Shown: positions 18,811 through 28,024 of the stretch, piece by piece
Layout of the letters: each line of letters starts with the position of its first letter
Position numbering within the stretch: the first letter of the stretch is position 1
NCBI GenBank assembly: GCA_905612535.1
Contig: CAJQSJ010000008.1
Location: forward strand, 1-50,354
Source: an uncultured Pelagibacteraceae bacterium
GTDB lineage: Bacteria > Pseudomonadota > Alphaproteobacteria > Pelagibacterales > Pelagibacteraceae
Length of the DNA stretch: 50,354 nucleotides
Direction of reading: 5' to 3'
Position numbers and translations under genes: made by a program
The notes under the pieces: model-generated
Seen by the model: only the letters and a program-made list of their open reading frames with translations
Databases searched by the model: none
Told to the model about the DNA's origin: nothing

Positions 18811-19550
18811 TTTGCTATAGAGACGCCTTCATAACCATCTTTTTCTAATTCTTGAGCCAAATCACTAAAACCTGTTTTAACTATTTTTCCATTTACAAGA
18901 ACATGAACAAAGTCTGGCTTTATGTAATTTAGTAAACGCTGATAATGCGTTATAATTAAAAATGATCTATTTTTATCTCTTAGAGAGTTAACTCCTTCAG
19001 AAACTATCCTTAATGCATCAATATCTAAACCAGAATCTGTTTCGTCTAAAATCACAAGTTTTGGTTCTAATATTGACATTTGTAAAATTTCATTCTTTTT
19101 CTTCTCTCCACCAGAAAACCCTACGTTTAATTGTCTGCTTAATATTTTCTCCTCGATCTTTAATTTTTTTGATTTTTCTTTAACTAATTTTAAAAAATCT
19201 AAAGAGTCTAATTCTTTTAGACCTCTAAATTTACGAATAGTATTTAAAGACGTTTTAAGAAAATTATTCGTATTTACCCCAGGAATTTCTATTGGGTATT
19301 GAAAGGCTAAAAATATCCCCTTTTGAGCTCTTTCTTCAATTGGAATTTCTAAAAGGTTCTTTCCTTCATAATAAACCGTTCCTTCAATTTCATAACCTTT
19401 TCTTCCTGATAGTACATTAGCCAATGTACTTTTTCCTGAGCCATTAGGACCCATAATAGCGTGTACTTCTCCTGGTTTAATATTTAGATTAAAATTTTTT
19501 AATATTTTTTTACCTTCTATTGAGGCGTTAAGATTTTTAATATCTAACAT
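18807..19550 (-). CDS. sufC: Fe-S cluster assembly ATPase SufC
   Basis: 247 aa. Walker A GPNGSGKST, ABC signature FSGGEKKK, Walker B LVILDETDSGLD. Confidence 0.96.
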   Translation of the reverse strand: MLDIKNLNASIEGKKILKNFNLNIKPGEVHAIMGPNGSGKSTLANVLSGRKGYEIEGTVYYEGKNLLEIPIEERAQKGIFLAFQYPIEIPGVNTNNFLKTSLNTIRKFRGLKELDSLDFLKLVKEKSKKLKIEEKILSRQLNVGFSGGEKKKNEILQMSILEPKLVILDETDSGLDIDALRIVSEGVNSLRDKNRSFLIITHYQRLLNYIKPDFVHVLVNGKIVKTGFSDLAQELEKDGYEGVSIAK

Positions 19551-20986
19551 TAACCGACACTCCCCTCTAAACTAATACCAACTAATTTTTGAGCCTCTAC
19601 AGCGAATTCCATAGGTAATTGCTGAAGAACTTCCTTACAAAATCCATTTACAATTAAGCTAACTGCCTCTTCTTGGTTTAAACCTCTCTGATTGCAATAA
19701 AAAAGTTGTTCGTCACTAATTTTAGAAGTGGTTGCCTCATGCTCAATATTTGCCGTTGAATTCTTGTTTTCAATATATGGTATTGTATGAGCCCCACATT
19801 CATTGCCCATTAATAATGAATCGCATTGAGTGTAATTTCGAGCATTGTTTGCTTTTGAAGTAATTTTTACTAATCCTCTATAAGTATTATCAGCAAATCC
19901 TGCTGAAATTCCTTTTGAAATAATTTTACTTTTAGTATTTTTTCCAAGATGAATCATTTTAGTTCCTGTATCAGCTTTTTGATGGTTGTTTGTAATTGCG
20001 ATTGAATAGAATTCTCCAACTGAGTTATCACCTTGTAAAATACAACTTGGATATTTCCATGTTATAGCTGAACCTGTTTCTACTTGGGTCCAGGAAATTT
20101 TAGAATTTTTTCCTCTACAGGCCCCTCGTTTTGTAACAAAATTATATATTCCGCCTTTTCCATCTTTATCTCCTGGATACCAATTCTGAACTGTAGAGTA
20201 TTTTATTTCTGCGTCATCTAAAGCTACTAGCTCAACATTAGCTGCATGTAATTGATTTTCATCACGCATTGGTGCCGTGCACCCTTCTAAATAACTAACA
20301 TAACTTCCTTTATCTGCAATAATTAGTGTTCTTTCAAATTGTCCAGTTTCAGATGCATTAATTCTAAAATAAGTAGAGAGCTCCATGGGGCATCTTACTC
20401 CTTCAGGAATATAAACAAATGAACCATCTGTAAAAACAGCTGAATTAAGTGTAGCAAAATAATGGTCTGTAATTGGAATAACAGAACCTAGATATTTCTT
20501 TACTAGATCAGGATGATTTCTGATTGCTTCAGATATAGGGCAGAAAATAATTCCTTTTTTTGTTAGTTCACCTTTAAAAGTAGTAGCTACTGAAACTGAA
20601 TCAAAAACCGCATCTACAGCAATACCACTAAGTTTTTTTTGCTCTTGCAGAGGAATTCCTAACTTTTTGTAAGTTTCTATTAATTTAGGATCAACTTCAT
20701 CTAAACTCTTTGGTGTATCAGTCACACTTTTTGGAGCAGAATAATAATATAAATCTTGGTAATCTATTTTTGGAAATTTTGGTTTTTGCCAGTCTGGTTC
20801 TTTTAAATTTTTAAGTCTACTAAAAGCTTTTAATCTCCATTTTAGCATCCATTCTGGTTCTTTTTTTATATTAGAAATAAATCTAACAACATCTTCATTT
20901 AATCCTTTAGGTGCTCGTATGCTCTCTATGTCGGTTGTAAAACCATATTTATATTCTTTTGCTTTTTCTATCTCTTGTTGTTTCAT
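19550..20986 (-). CDS. sufB: Fe-S cluster assembly scaffold SufB
   Basis: 478 aa. Highly conserved SufB blocks ([32 protein letters not shown]-like [24 protein letters not shown]). Confidence 0.96.
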   Translation of the reverse strand: MKQQEIEKAKEYKYGFTTDIESIRAPKGLNEDVVRFISNIKKEPEWMLKWRLKAFSRLKNLKEPDWQKPKFPKIDYQDLYYYSAPKSVTDTPKSLDEVDPKLIETYKKLGIPLQEQKKLSGIAVDAVFDSVSVATTFKGELTKKGIIFCPISEAIRNHPDLVKKYLGSVIPITDHYFATLNSAVFTDGSFVYIPEGVRCPMELSTYFRINASETGQFERTLIIADKGSYVSYLEGCTAPMRDENQLHAANVELVALDDAEIKYSTVQNWYPGDKDGKGGIYNFVTKRGACRGKNSKISWTQVETGSAITWKYPSCILQGDNSVGEFYSIAITNNHQKADTGTKMIHLGKNTKSKIISKGISAGFADNTYRGLVKITSKANNARNYTQCDSLLMGNECGAHTIPYIENKNSTANIEHEATTSKISDEQLFYCNQRGLNQEEAVSLIVNGFCKEVLQQLPMEFAVEAQKLVGISLEGSVG

Positions 20987-21423
20987 TAATTCAGTTCTTT
21001 ATGTTGTTTGTTATTTTCTCTATTAATAATATCTCTTAAAGTATTTTGCTCAAAAAAATTATTTATATGTTTATCAAGATCGTCTAACAAATTATGAGTT
21101 ATGCATTTAACTGATTTACCATTACATGCTTTTTTAGATTCTCTTTTGCATGCTATAATTTTTATTTTCTCATCAACTGCATTAATAATACTAGATAATT
21201 TAATCTCTTGGGGGGTTTTAGTTAGCATGTAGCCGCCAGCTGGACCTCTAGAGCTTTCTACTAAGTTTTTTCTTTTTAATTTCAGAAAAATTTGTTCTAA
21301 AAAAGATACAGAAATGCCTTGCCTTAATGAAATTTCAGTTAAGTTTATAGGAGAATTTGAGTTCGTTTTTGCTAAATCAGCCATTGCCATTACTGCGTAT
21401 CTTCCTTTATTGCTTAATTTCAT
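20986..21423 (-). CDS. Rrf2-family transcriptional regulator (IscR-like), first gene of the suf operon
   Basis: 145 aa. [19 protein letters not shown]-terminal wHTH signature of Rrf2. Three clustered Cys (C-x7-C-x5-C: [17 protein letters not shown]) that could ligate a cluster. Confidence 0.88.
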   Translation of the reverse strand: MKLSNKGRYAVMAMADLAKTNSNSPINLTEISLRQGISVSFLEQIFLKLKRKNLVESSRGPAGGYMLTKTPQEIKLSSIINAVDEKIKIIACKRESKKACNGKSVKCITHNLLDDLDKHINNFFEQNTLRDIINRENNKQHKELN

Positions 21424-21562
21424 AATAAAACCTTTAAAATACTAGTCTTTATTAACGATTCCTACAAAAAAGGTCAAGTATCGAAAAAAATAAATTGTCA
21501 CACGTTATTCATGGTATAGAACATCTCTTTTTTATGAAAATAGTTATCATTATTAATCAAAT

Positions 21563-22219
21563 ATGAAAAACCAAAGTAAAGAAATTTTTATTCCAGGACC
21601 TAGTGGAAGAATCCAGGCGCAATACTACAAGAGCGAAGTTCCAGAATCACCAGTGGCATTAGTGCTACACCCTCATCCGCAATACGGGGGTACAATGAAC
21701 AATAGAATTGTTTATGAAACTTATAAATGTTTTTTAAAAAAAAAATTTTCGGTACTAAGAATAAATTTTCGTGGTGTAGGTAAAAGTGATGGAATATTCG
21801 ATAATGGTCAAGGCGAACTTTCGGATGCAGCTGCTGCTTTAGATTGGATTGAAAAAGAAAATCCAAGATATAGCCAGTGTTGGGTAGCGGGATTTTCGTT
21901 TGGGTGCTTGATTTGTATGCAGCTAATAATGAGAAGACCAGAAGTAAGTAAATTTATTGGTATATCTCCACAACCTAATGTCTATGACTTCACATTTTTA
22001 GCACCATGTCCAATATCAGGATTAATGCTTTGTGGAAAAAATGATGAACTTGTTTCTCCCGAAAGTATTGTAAATCTTAGAAAAAAACTTGCTTCGCAAA
22101 AAAATATTGACGTTAAATTTAATTTTATCGAAAATGCAAACCACTTTTATAAAGATAAAGAAAAAGAATTAACCCTTGAGATTAATGAGTATATAAAAAA
22201 CAAAATATCTATTTTTTAG
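21563..22219 (+). CDS. Alpha/beta-fold hydrolase (small COG2945-like family)
   Basis: 218 aa. HPHPQYGGTMNN, RINFRGVGKS, and nucleophile-elbow-like AGFSFG. Confidence 0.72.
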   Translation: MKNQSKEIFIPGPSGRIQAQYYKSEVPESPVALVLHPHPQYGGTMNNRIVYETYKCFLKKKFSVLRINFRGVGKSDGIFDNGQGELSDAAAALDWIEKENPRYSQCWVAGFSFGCLICMQLIMRRPEVSKFIGISPQPNVYDFTFLAPCPISGLMLCGKNDELVSPESIVNLRKKLASQKNIDVKFNFIENANHFYKDKEKELTLEINEYIKNKISIF

Positions 22220-23364
22220 TACTTAACTATAACACCGCCAGTGCAAGGTTTTTTGACTCCAGTTGTGGAAGGAAATGAGATTGGAAGATTTAAAAAAGAT
22301 CTAATTGCAAGATAAGCGAAAGCTTGGGACTCAACAAAATCTCCATCTGTTCCATATTTATCAATTGGTTCTAAAGATATACTTTTAAGATAATTAAAAC
22401 CTTTATTTATTATAGAGTCAATTAAATATTTATTTTTTCTACCGCCACCACAAACTAACCACTTTGTAAATTTTGGATAATCCGCTTTATTAGAATATCT
22501 TATTCCTTTTGCGATAAGTTCTGCTGTCAAATCTGTTAAAGTTGAAGCACCATCTTTTAAAGAAAGATCTTTGGCAAAAGATATATCAAAATCTTTTGTA
22601 TCAAAAGATTGATCATATGAGCTAATATTAAAATTTTTTAATGCCTTCTTTAAAATTAATTTATCTGTACTTCCTAAATTGGCAATTAAACCGCCTGCAT
22701 CATATTTTTTTTTTGATTTTTTTCTAATCCATTCATCAATTAAACAATTACCTGGACCTATATCATAAGCATAAAGTTGAGTCTTTAATGCATTTTTTTT
22801 ATCTATAGTATTAGTAATATTTGAAATGCCTCCAATATTAAGAATGCTAATGGGAAATTCAAATTCATAGTTTTCACTAATTTGATTTGCCAACAAGTTA
22901 TGAAAAATAGGAGTTAAAGGTGCACCTTGTCCCCTGTTTTTTAAATCGTTTTTTCTAAAATCATAAACAACTTTTTTTTTTGTTAACTTAGACAACAGTA
23001 TTCCATCACCTAATTGTTTTGTAATTTTCTCATTTGGATTGTGAAAAATAGTCTGACCATGAAACCCTATAAAATCTATGTCTGTGTTTGAAAGTCTTAG
23101 GATTTCATTTGCAGCTTTGACGTGAAACAGAGTGATTTTTTTCTCAATAATACTTAATTCTTTTGAGAATTTTTTTAAATCTTTTGTAATTTTAATTTTA
23201 TATCTAAATTTTACTAAATTCTCATAAATATCCTTAGGGTACTCAAAATATTTATCTATAACTGCTTTATATTTTTTCTCGCCGTCTGATTGAATAATTG
23301 AAGCATCTACACCATCCATTGATGTTCCGCTCATTAGGCCTAAACTAAAATAAGTTTTACTCAT
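22216..23364 (-). CDS. anmK: Anhydro-N-acetylmuramic acid kinase
   Basis: 382 aa. N-terminal GLMSGTSMDGVDAS signature, NIGGISN and GGGRKN blocks. Confidence 0.92.
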   Translation of the reverse strand: MSKTYFSLGLMSGTSMDGVDASIIQSDGEKKYKAVIDKYFEYPKDIYENLVKFRYKIKITKDLKKFSKELSIIEKKITLFHVKAANEILRLSNTDIDFIGFHGQTIFHNPNEKITKQLGDGILLSKLTKKKVVYDFRKNDLKNRGQGAPLTPIFHNLLANQISENYEFEFPISILNIGGISNITNTIDKKNALKTQLYAYDIGPGNCLIDEWIRKKSKKKYDAGGLIANLGSTDKLILKKALKNFNISSYDQSFDTKDFDISFAKDLSLKDGASTLTDLTAELIAKGIRYSNKADYPKFTKWLVCGGGRKNKYLIDSIINKGFNYLKSISLEPIDKYGTDGDFVESQAFAYLAIRSFLNLPISFPSTTGVKKPCTGGVIVKY

Positions 23365-23423
23365 AAATTATATTTAATTTAAATAGAATCTTGTATATTG
23401 CAATTTAGAGAACTTACAAATTC

Positions 23424-24665
23424 ATGCAACAAACATTTTTAAATGAGTTCAAAAAAAGAGGTTATTTTAATCAATGTACTGATGAATCTGGCTTGGATGA
23501 CCTTATGTCAAAAAGTAAAGTTAAAGCTTATATTGGTTTTGACTGCACGGCACCAAGTTTACATGTTGGAAGCTTAATGCAGATAATGTCCTTAAGACTC
23601 CTTCAGAAGTACGGTCATCAACCTATCGTGCTTTTAGGAGGTGGCACAACTTTAATAGGCGACCCTTCAGGAAAAGACGAAACTAGAAAAATGTTAGATA
23701 AAAAAGAGATCGAAAAAAACATTAAAAGTATTGAAAGTATTTTTAAAATTTTTTTACGAACAAAAAACTCAAAAACTAAACCTATTTTTGTAAATAATTA
23801 TTCGTGGCTAAATAAATTAAATTATATTAATTTTTTAAGAGAGATAGGTAGGCATTTTACTATCAATAAAATGTTAACATTTGATAGCGTTAAATTACGT
23901 TTAGAAAGAGAGCAATCTTTGAGCTATATGGAGTTTAACTATATGATGTTACAGGCTTATGATTTTTATGAGCTTAATAACCGGCATAACTGTTTTTTAC
24001 AAATTGGCGGTTCAGACCAATGGGGAAATATAGTTAATGGAACTGATTTAATTAAAAGAAAAAATCATAAACAAGGTTATGGTTTAACTACACCTTTAAT
24101 TACAACTTCAAATGGAGCAAAGATGGGTAAAACTGAAAAAGGTGCTATTTGGTTAAATAAAAAAATGCTTACTCCGTATGATTATTGGCAATTTTGGCGA
24201 AACACGAATGATAAAGATGTGGTTAAATTTTTAAATCTTTTTACAGACTTGGATACGAACGAAATAATTAAACTTCAATATGCTAATCACGACATAAACA
24301 AGATGAAAATTTTGCTTGCAAATGAAGCAACTGCAATGCTGCATGGTCAAAAAGAAACAAAAGAATCAGAATTAACTGCAAATAAAACTTTTAAGGAAAA
24401 ATCAATTGGAGCAAGTTTACCGATAGTAAAAGTTAAGAAAAATTTATTAGTTAACGGAATTAATATTATAGAGCTAGTCATGTTAACTACTTTGTCAAAT
24501 TCTAAAAGTGAAGTCAGAAGGATGATTCAAAACAATGGGCTAAAAATTAACAATATTGTTGTTGGTTCTGAAACAGACTTAATAAACCAAGAAAATTTTG
24601 ATAAAGATAATAATATGAAAGTTTCTCATGGCAAGAAACAACACGTAATTGTTAAAATTATTTAG
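23424..24665 (+). CDS. tyrS: Tyrosine--tRNA ligase
   Basis: 413 aa. Class I HIGH-region variant (PSLHVGS), KMGKT (KMSKS) loop, C-terminal S4-like domain (SKSEVRRMIQNNGLKINN). Confidence 0.96.
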   Translation: MQQTFLNEFKKRGYFNQCTDESGLDDLMSKSKVKAYIGFDCTAPSLHVGSLMQIMSLRLLQKYGHQPIVLLGGGTTLIGDPSGKDETRKMLDKKEIEKNIKSIESIFKIFLRTKNSKTKPIFVNNYSWLNKLNYINFLREIGRHFTINKMLTFDSVKLRLEREQSLSYMEFNYMMLQAYDFYELNNRHNCFLQIGGSDQWGNIVNGTDLIKRKNHKQGYGLTTPLITTSNGAKMGKTEKGAIWLNKKMLTPYDYWQFWRNTNDKDVVKFLNLFTDLDTNEIIKLQYANHDINKMKILLANEATAMLHGQKETKESELTANKTFKEKSIGASLPIVKVKKNLLVNGINIIELVMLTTLSNSKSEVRRMIQNNGLKINNIVVGSETDLINQENFDKDNNMKVSHGKKQHVIVKII

Positions 24666-26916
24666 TTTTACTTTTTTTGTTTTTTTTAACTTTCTCAATT
24701 GCTCTAATAATAAATCTTGGTGTTAATGTTTTAATAGGGTTAACTGTTGTTTTTATGTCTTTAGGCGGTCCTTTCATCTTAAAGCTGACCCCAACTACGC
24801 CATCACCAATTTTTTTTCCAACTAATATCCCTCCAACCAATGGAATTGATGCAATGATTGCATTCAGTTTGGTTGCCGGTACTAAAGTTCCTCTTAAACT
24901 AACAATTTTACCCTTGTCTACATAGCCATCTAATAAAATAGATACAGCGGGTCCAATAGCTAAAGCATCCTCAATATTCAAAACGTTTTCTTGTGAGTTT
25001 GATTTCATTTCAAAAGATTCGAATCTTATACCTTCTCCATTAAGTGTGTCAGCAATGCCTTGTAATGAAGCTAAAGTTAAAAGTTTCGCTAAAGAAGGTA
25101 CTTTTGAAACTTTAAAATTCGTAATTAACAAATTAGATTTTGATGAGTTTTCAAAAATAATTGAATCATAAACTAGCTTTCCTCCCTCAAAACCTTTAAT
25201 AAAATCTAAGCTTTTTACAAAAGGTCTAGCACGATCTGAAACAACTTCGATAGTTTTTGTCTTATCATCAACTTTATAAAGAGACATTTCTATTTTATCT
25301 TCGTCTGAAAAGTTCCCTTTCAAAACTAATTTTTCATAAGAGCCATTTTTTATCTCAGCAACCATGGAAAAGTCAGAAATAATATCAAAAGTTCCTGTAA
25401 GAGTTTTGTCAAAATTTACCCTAACATTAGAATTAACTGTTTTGGCAAATATTTTTCTATCAGAGGTATTATTTTTATATAATGATTTAAGAAGCGGCTC
25501 AGCGTCAAATATTTCACCAGAAATTATTATTTGATTAGATTTAATAATTTTAAAATTATTATTTTTCTTTTTATCTTTGTGTGTCAGAACTTCAATTTTT
25601 TTGAAATCTCTAATTTCAAAATTTTTATTAAGCATTACATTATTTATAAATATTTTACTTTTATCCGTCTCATACTTAAAAGAATCTATTAAGAAAAATT
25701 TTTTTATAACGAAATTAACATTGGCATTAAGTTTTGCCTTATTTGTTTTAGCTTTATTATAATTTAAAATTGGAAAACTAATTTCTGAATCATTTAAATT
25801 TGTAAAAAAATTGATGTTAAACAGTTTCTTATTTTTATTATAAGATTGAAATAAGCTTATCTTTTCATACTTATTACTTAAATTTATAAGTCCATCCAAT
25901 TTAAATGTCTGCTTTTGAACGTTTTCACTAGGATAATTAAAGTTTATCATAGAATTTTTAATTTTAATATTTTTATTTAGCGTTGGTACAAAATTTCTTA
26001 TGTAATTATTATGCGGCAAACTTAATTCTAAATTATTTATTGTTCCGTCAATTTGATAATTTTTGTCAATTATTTTAAATTTGTTATTAATGACAAAATT
26101 AATTGTGGTTTTTAAATCAGAGTCTAAAGTTAAATTTTCTAAAATATCTAACTTAATGCCCACTAATGAAGAAATTTTTTTAATATCATTAAAGCTTATT
26201 TTACCTTTTGTTGCTATTGTTGATTCTACAATCTTTCTCTTGTTTTCAAAATTTATTTGAAATTGACTATTCAGCAGATTTAAATTTAATAACGAACCTT
26301 TTTTTACATCTATTCTCAATTCTTCTATTTTTTCTAAAGGGTACTTTTTATAGCTAATTAAAGTTGTTAAATTTTTAAATTTATAATTATTATTTATAAT
26401 TATATTTGCATCTAAAATTTTTCCATTAAAAGTGTAAGAATTTATAAATCTCCCATCTTTTGAAAATGGTATTTTAAAACTTCCTTCTATAATTCCTTTT
26501 TTAAAAGTTTTTTTAATTTTCTTATTAATAAATTTTGGTAAATAAATATTTGTAATTTTGGCTAAATCGCTTATGTCGTTTTTTTTAAATTCAATTTCAG
26601 CCTTTTTTAAAATAACTTTTTTTTTATATAAAGACTTAAGTGATAAAATTAGATCAATCTTAGATAATTTTATCTCATTGCCTTTAATTAGTATTTTGGG
26701 ATCTTGAAGTTTTACAAATATATTTAGTTGTCTTACGTTTAAATGAATTTTTGTTTTATTAAACTCTAGTTCTACATATCGATTTGACTCGTTGACTTTT
26801 TGTTTAATTAACTGGTCGAATTTATCTATTTCAATACCAAAGTATGCTAAATATATTATTATTAAGAACAATAAGATTAAGAAAAAAATAAAATATTTTA
26901 GTATAAATTTACCCAT
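24658..26916 (-). CDS. AsmA-like / YhdP (DUF3971)-type membrane-anchored envelope protein, short version
   Basis: 752 aa. Single N-terminal TM helix (FIFFLILLFLIIIYLAYF), then a long Asn/Lys-rich, probably beta-rich body. The C-terminus LRGTLVPATKLNAIIASIPLVGGILVG...GVSFKMKGPPKDIKTTVNPIKTLTP resembles the AsmA-like C-terminal region. Confidence 0.55.
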   Translation of the reverse strand: MGKFILKYFIFFLILLFLIIIYLAYFGIEIDKFDQLIKQKVNESNRYVELEFNKTKIHLNVRQLNIFVKLQDPKILIKGNEIKLSKIDLILSLKSLYKKKVILKKAEIEFKKNDISDLAKITNIYLPKFINKKIKKTFKKGIIEGSFKIPFSKDGRFINSYTFNGKILDANIIINNNYKFKNLTTLISYKKYPLEKIEELRIDVKKGSLLNLNLLNSQFQINFENKRKIVESTIATKGKISFNDIKKISSLVGIKLDILENLTLDSDLKTTINFVINNKFKIIDKNYQIDGTINNLELSLPHNNYIRNFVPTLNKNIKIKNSMINFNYPSENVQKQTFKLDGLINLSNKYEKISLFQSYNKNKKLFNINFFTNLNDSEISFPILNYNKAKTNKAKLNANVNFVIKKFFLIDSFKYETDKSKIFINNVMLNKNFEIRDFKKIEVLTHKDKKKNNNFKIIKSNQIIISGEIFDAEPLLKSLYKNNTSDRKIFAKTVNSNVRVNFDKTLTGTFDIISDFSMVAEIKNGSYEKLVLKGNFSDEDKIEMSLYKVDDKTKTIEVVSDRARPFVKSLDFIKGFEGGKLVYDSIIFENSSKSNLLITNFKVSKVPSLAKLLTLASLQGIADTLNGEGIRFESFEMKSNSQENVLNIEDALAIGPAVSILLDGYVDKGKIVSLRGTLVPATKLNAIIASIPLVGGILVGKKIGDGVVGVSFKMKGPPKDIKTTVNPIKTLTPRFIIRAIEKVKKNKKSKTK

Positions 26917-26918
26917 TT

Positions 26919-28023
26919 TTAAAAATTTTCTTTTTCTCTTTGATACAGTGATTTTTCTAAAAATTCATCTATATCTCCATTTAAAACACTCTCTGGATTC
27001 GTGTTTTCAAAATTATTTCTTAAATCTTTTACCAGTTGATAAGGTTGCAATACATAAGAGCGAATTTGATGACCCCAGCCAATATCTTTTTTTGTTTTGG
27101 ATAGGCTTTTAGAAGCTAGCTCTTTTCTTTCTAATTCATATTTATATAAACGGGCTTTAAGCATATTAAAGCAGGTTTCTTTATTTTTATGTTGCGATCT
27201 TTCATTCTGACACTGAACTGCAATTTTAGTTGGTAGGTGTGTTATTCTTACAGCGCTATCCGTAGTATTAACTGACTGGCCTCCTTTTCCGCTCGACTTA
27301 TATGTATCAATCCTAATATCTTTTTCCTGTATTTCAATTTCAATACTATCATCTACAACAGGGTAGATCCACACACTAGCAAAACTAGTGTGTCTTCTTG
27401 CTCCTGAATCGAATGGTGAAATTCTAACTAATCTATGAACACCAGACTCAGATTTCAACCACCCGTGCATATAAGGTCCTACAATTTTTAATGTGCACGA
27501 TTTAATTCCTGCCTCATCACCTTTGTGCTCGCTAATTATCTCTAATTTACAATTTTTTTTTTCTACCCACTTAGAATACATTCTCCTTAACATCATTGCC
27601 CAGTCTTGGCTTTCGGTTCCACCAGCTCCAGCATGAATTTCAAGATACGCATTTAAATGATCGTTTTCTCCAGATAAAAAACATGAAACTTCAGTTTTTT
27701 TTATTTTATTGAGTAAGTTAAGGGTTTTTTTATCGCAATCTCTTATAAGTGGTGTGTCGTTTTCTTTTAAAGCGAGATCTAAGAGTTCTTCTAAATTTTT
27801 TAGTTCATTTTCTACAGTACTATAACTATCAAATATATCTTGTAAAAAAACTTTTTCTTTAACGGTTTTTTGAGCTAATGATTTATCACGCCAGAAATTT
27901 TCTTGGCTTATTTTTTTGTCAAATTCCTTTAATTTTGATGAAATATCATTTTTTTCAAAGATACCTCCTAACATTGTCTATTTTACTTTTAATTATTGTA
28001 ATATTGTTTTGATTATCGCTCAT
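26919..28023 (-). CDS. prfB: Peptide chain release factor 2, expressed through a programmed +1 ribosomal frameshift
   Basis: The track ORF (26919..27974) carries SPF (RISPFDS) and GGQ (GKGGQSVN) but lacks the RF2 N-terminus. Upstream on the minus strand is ATG AGC GAT AAT CAA AAC AAT ATT ACA ATA ATT AAA AGT AAA ATA GAC AAT GTT AGG AGG TAT CTT TGA, starting at 28023. This is a 22-codon ORF0 ending in the canonical AGGAGG-TAT-CTT-TGA shift site. Reading +1 after CTT continues as EKNDISSKLK, which is the track ORF. Confidence 0.93.
27954..27969 (-). other. prfB +1 programmed frameshift site (internal SD-like AGGAGG, slippery CTT, in-frame TGA)
   Basis: The minus strand reads AGGAGGTATCTTTGAA. 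The E. coli site is AGGGGGTATCTTTGAC. TGA lies at 27957..27955 and CTT at 27960..27958. Confidence 0.9.
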
Positions 28024-28024
28024 A

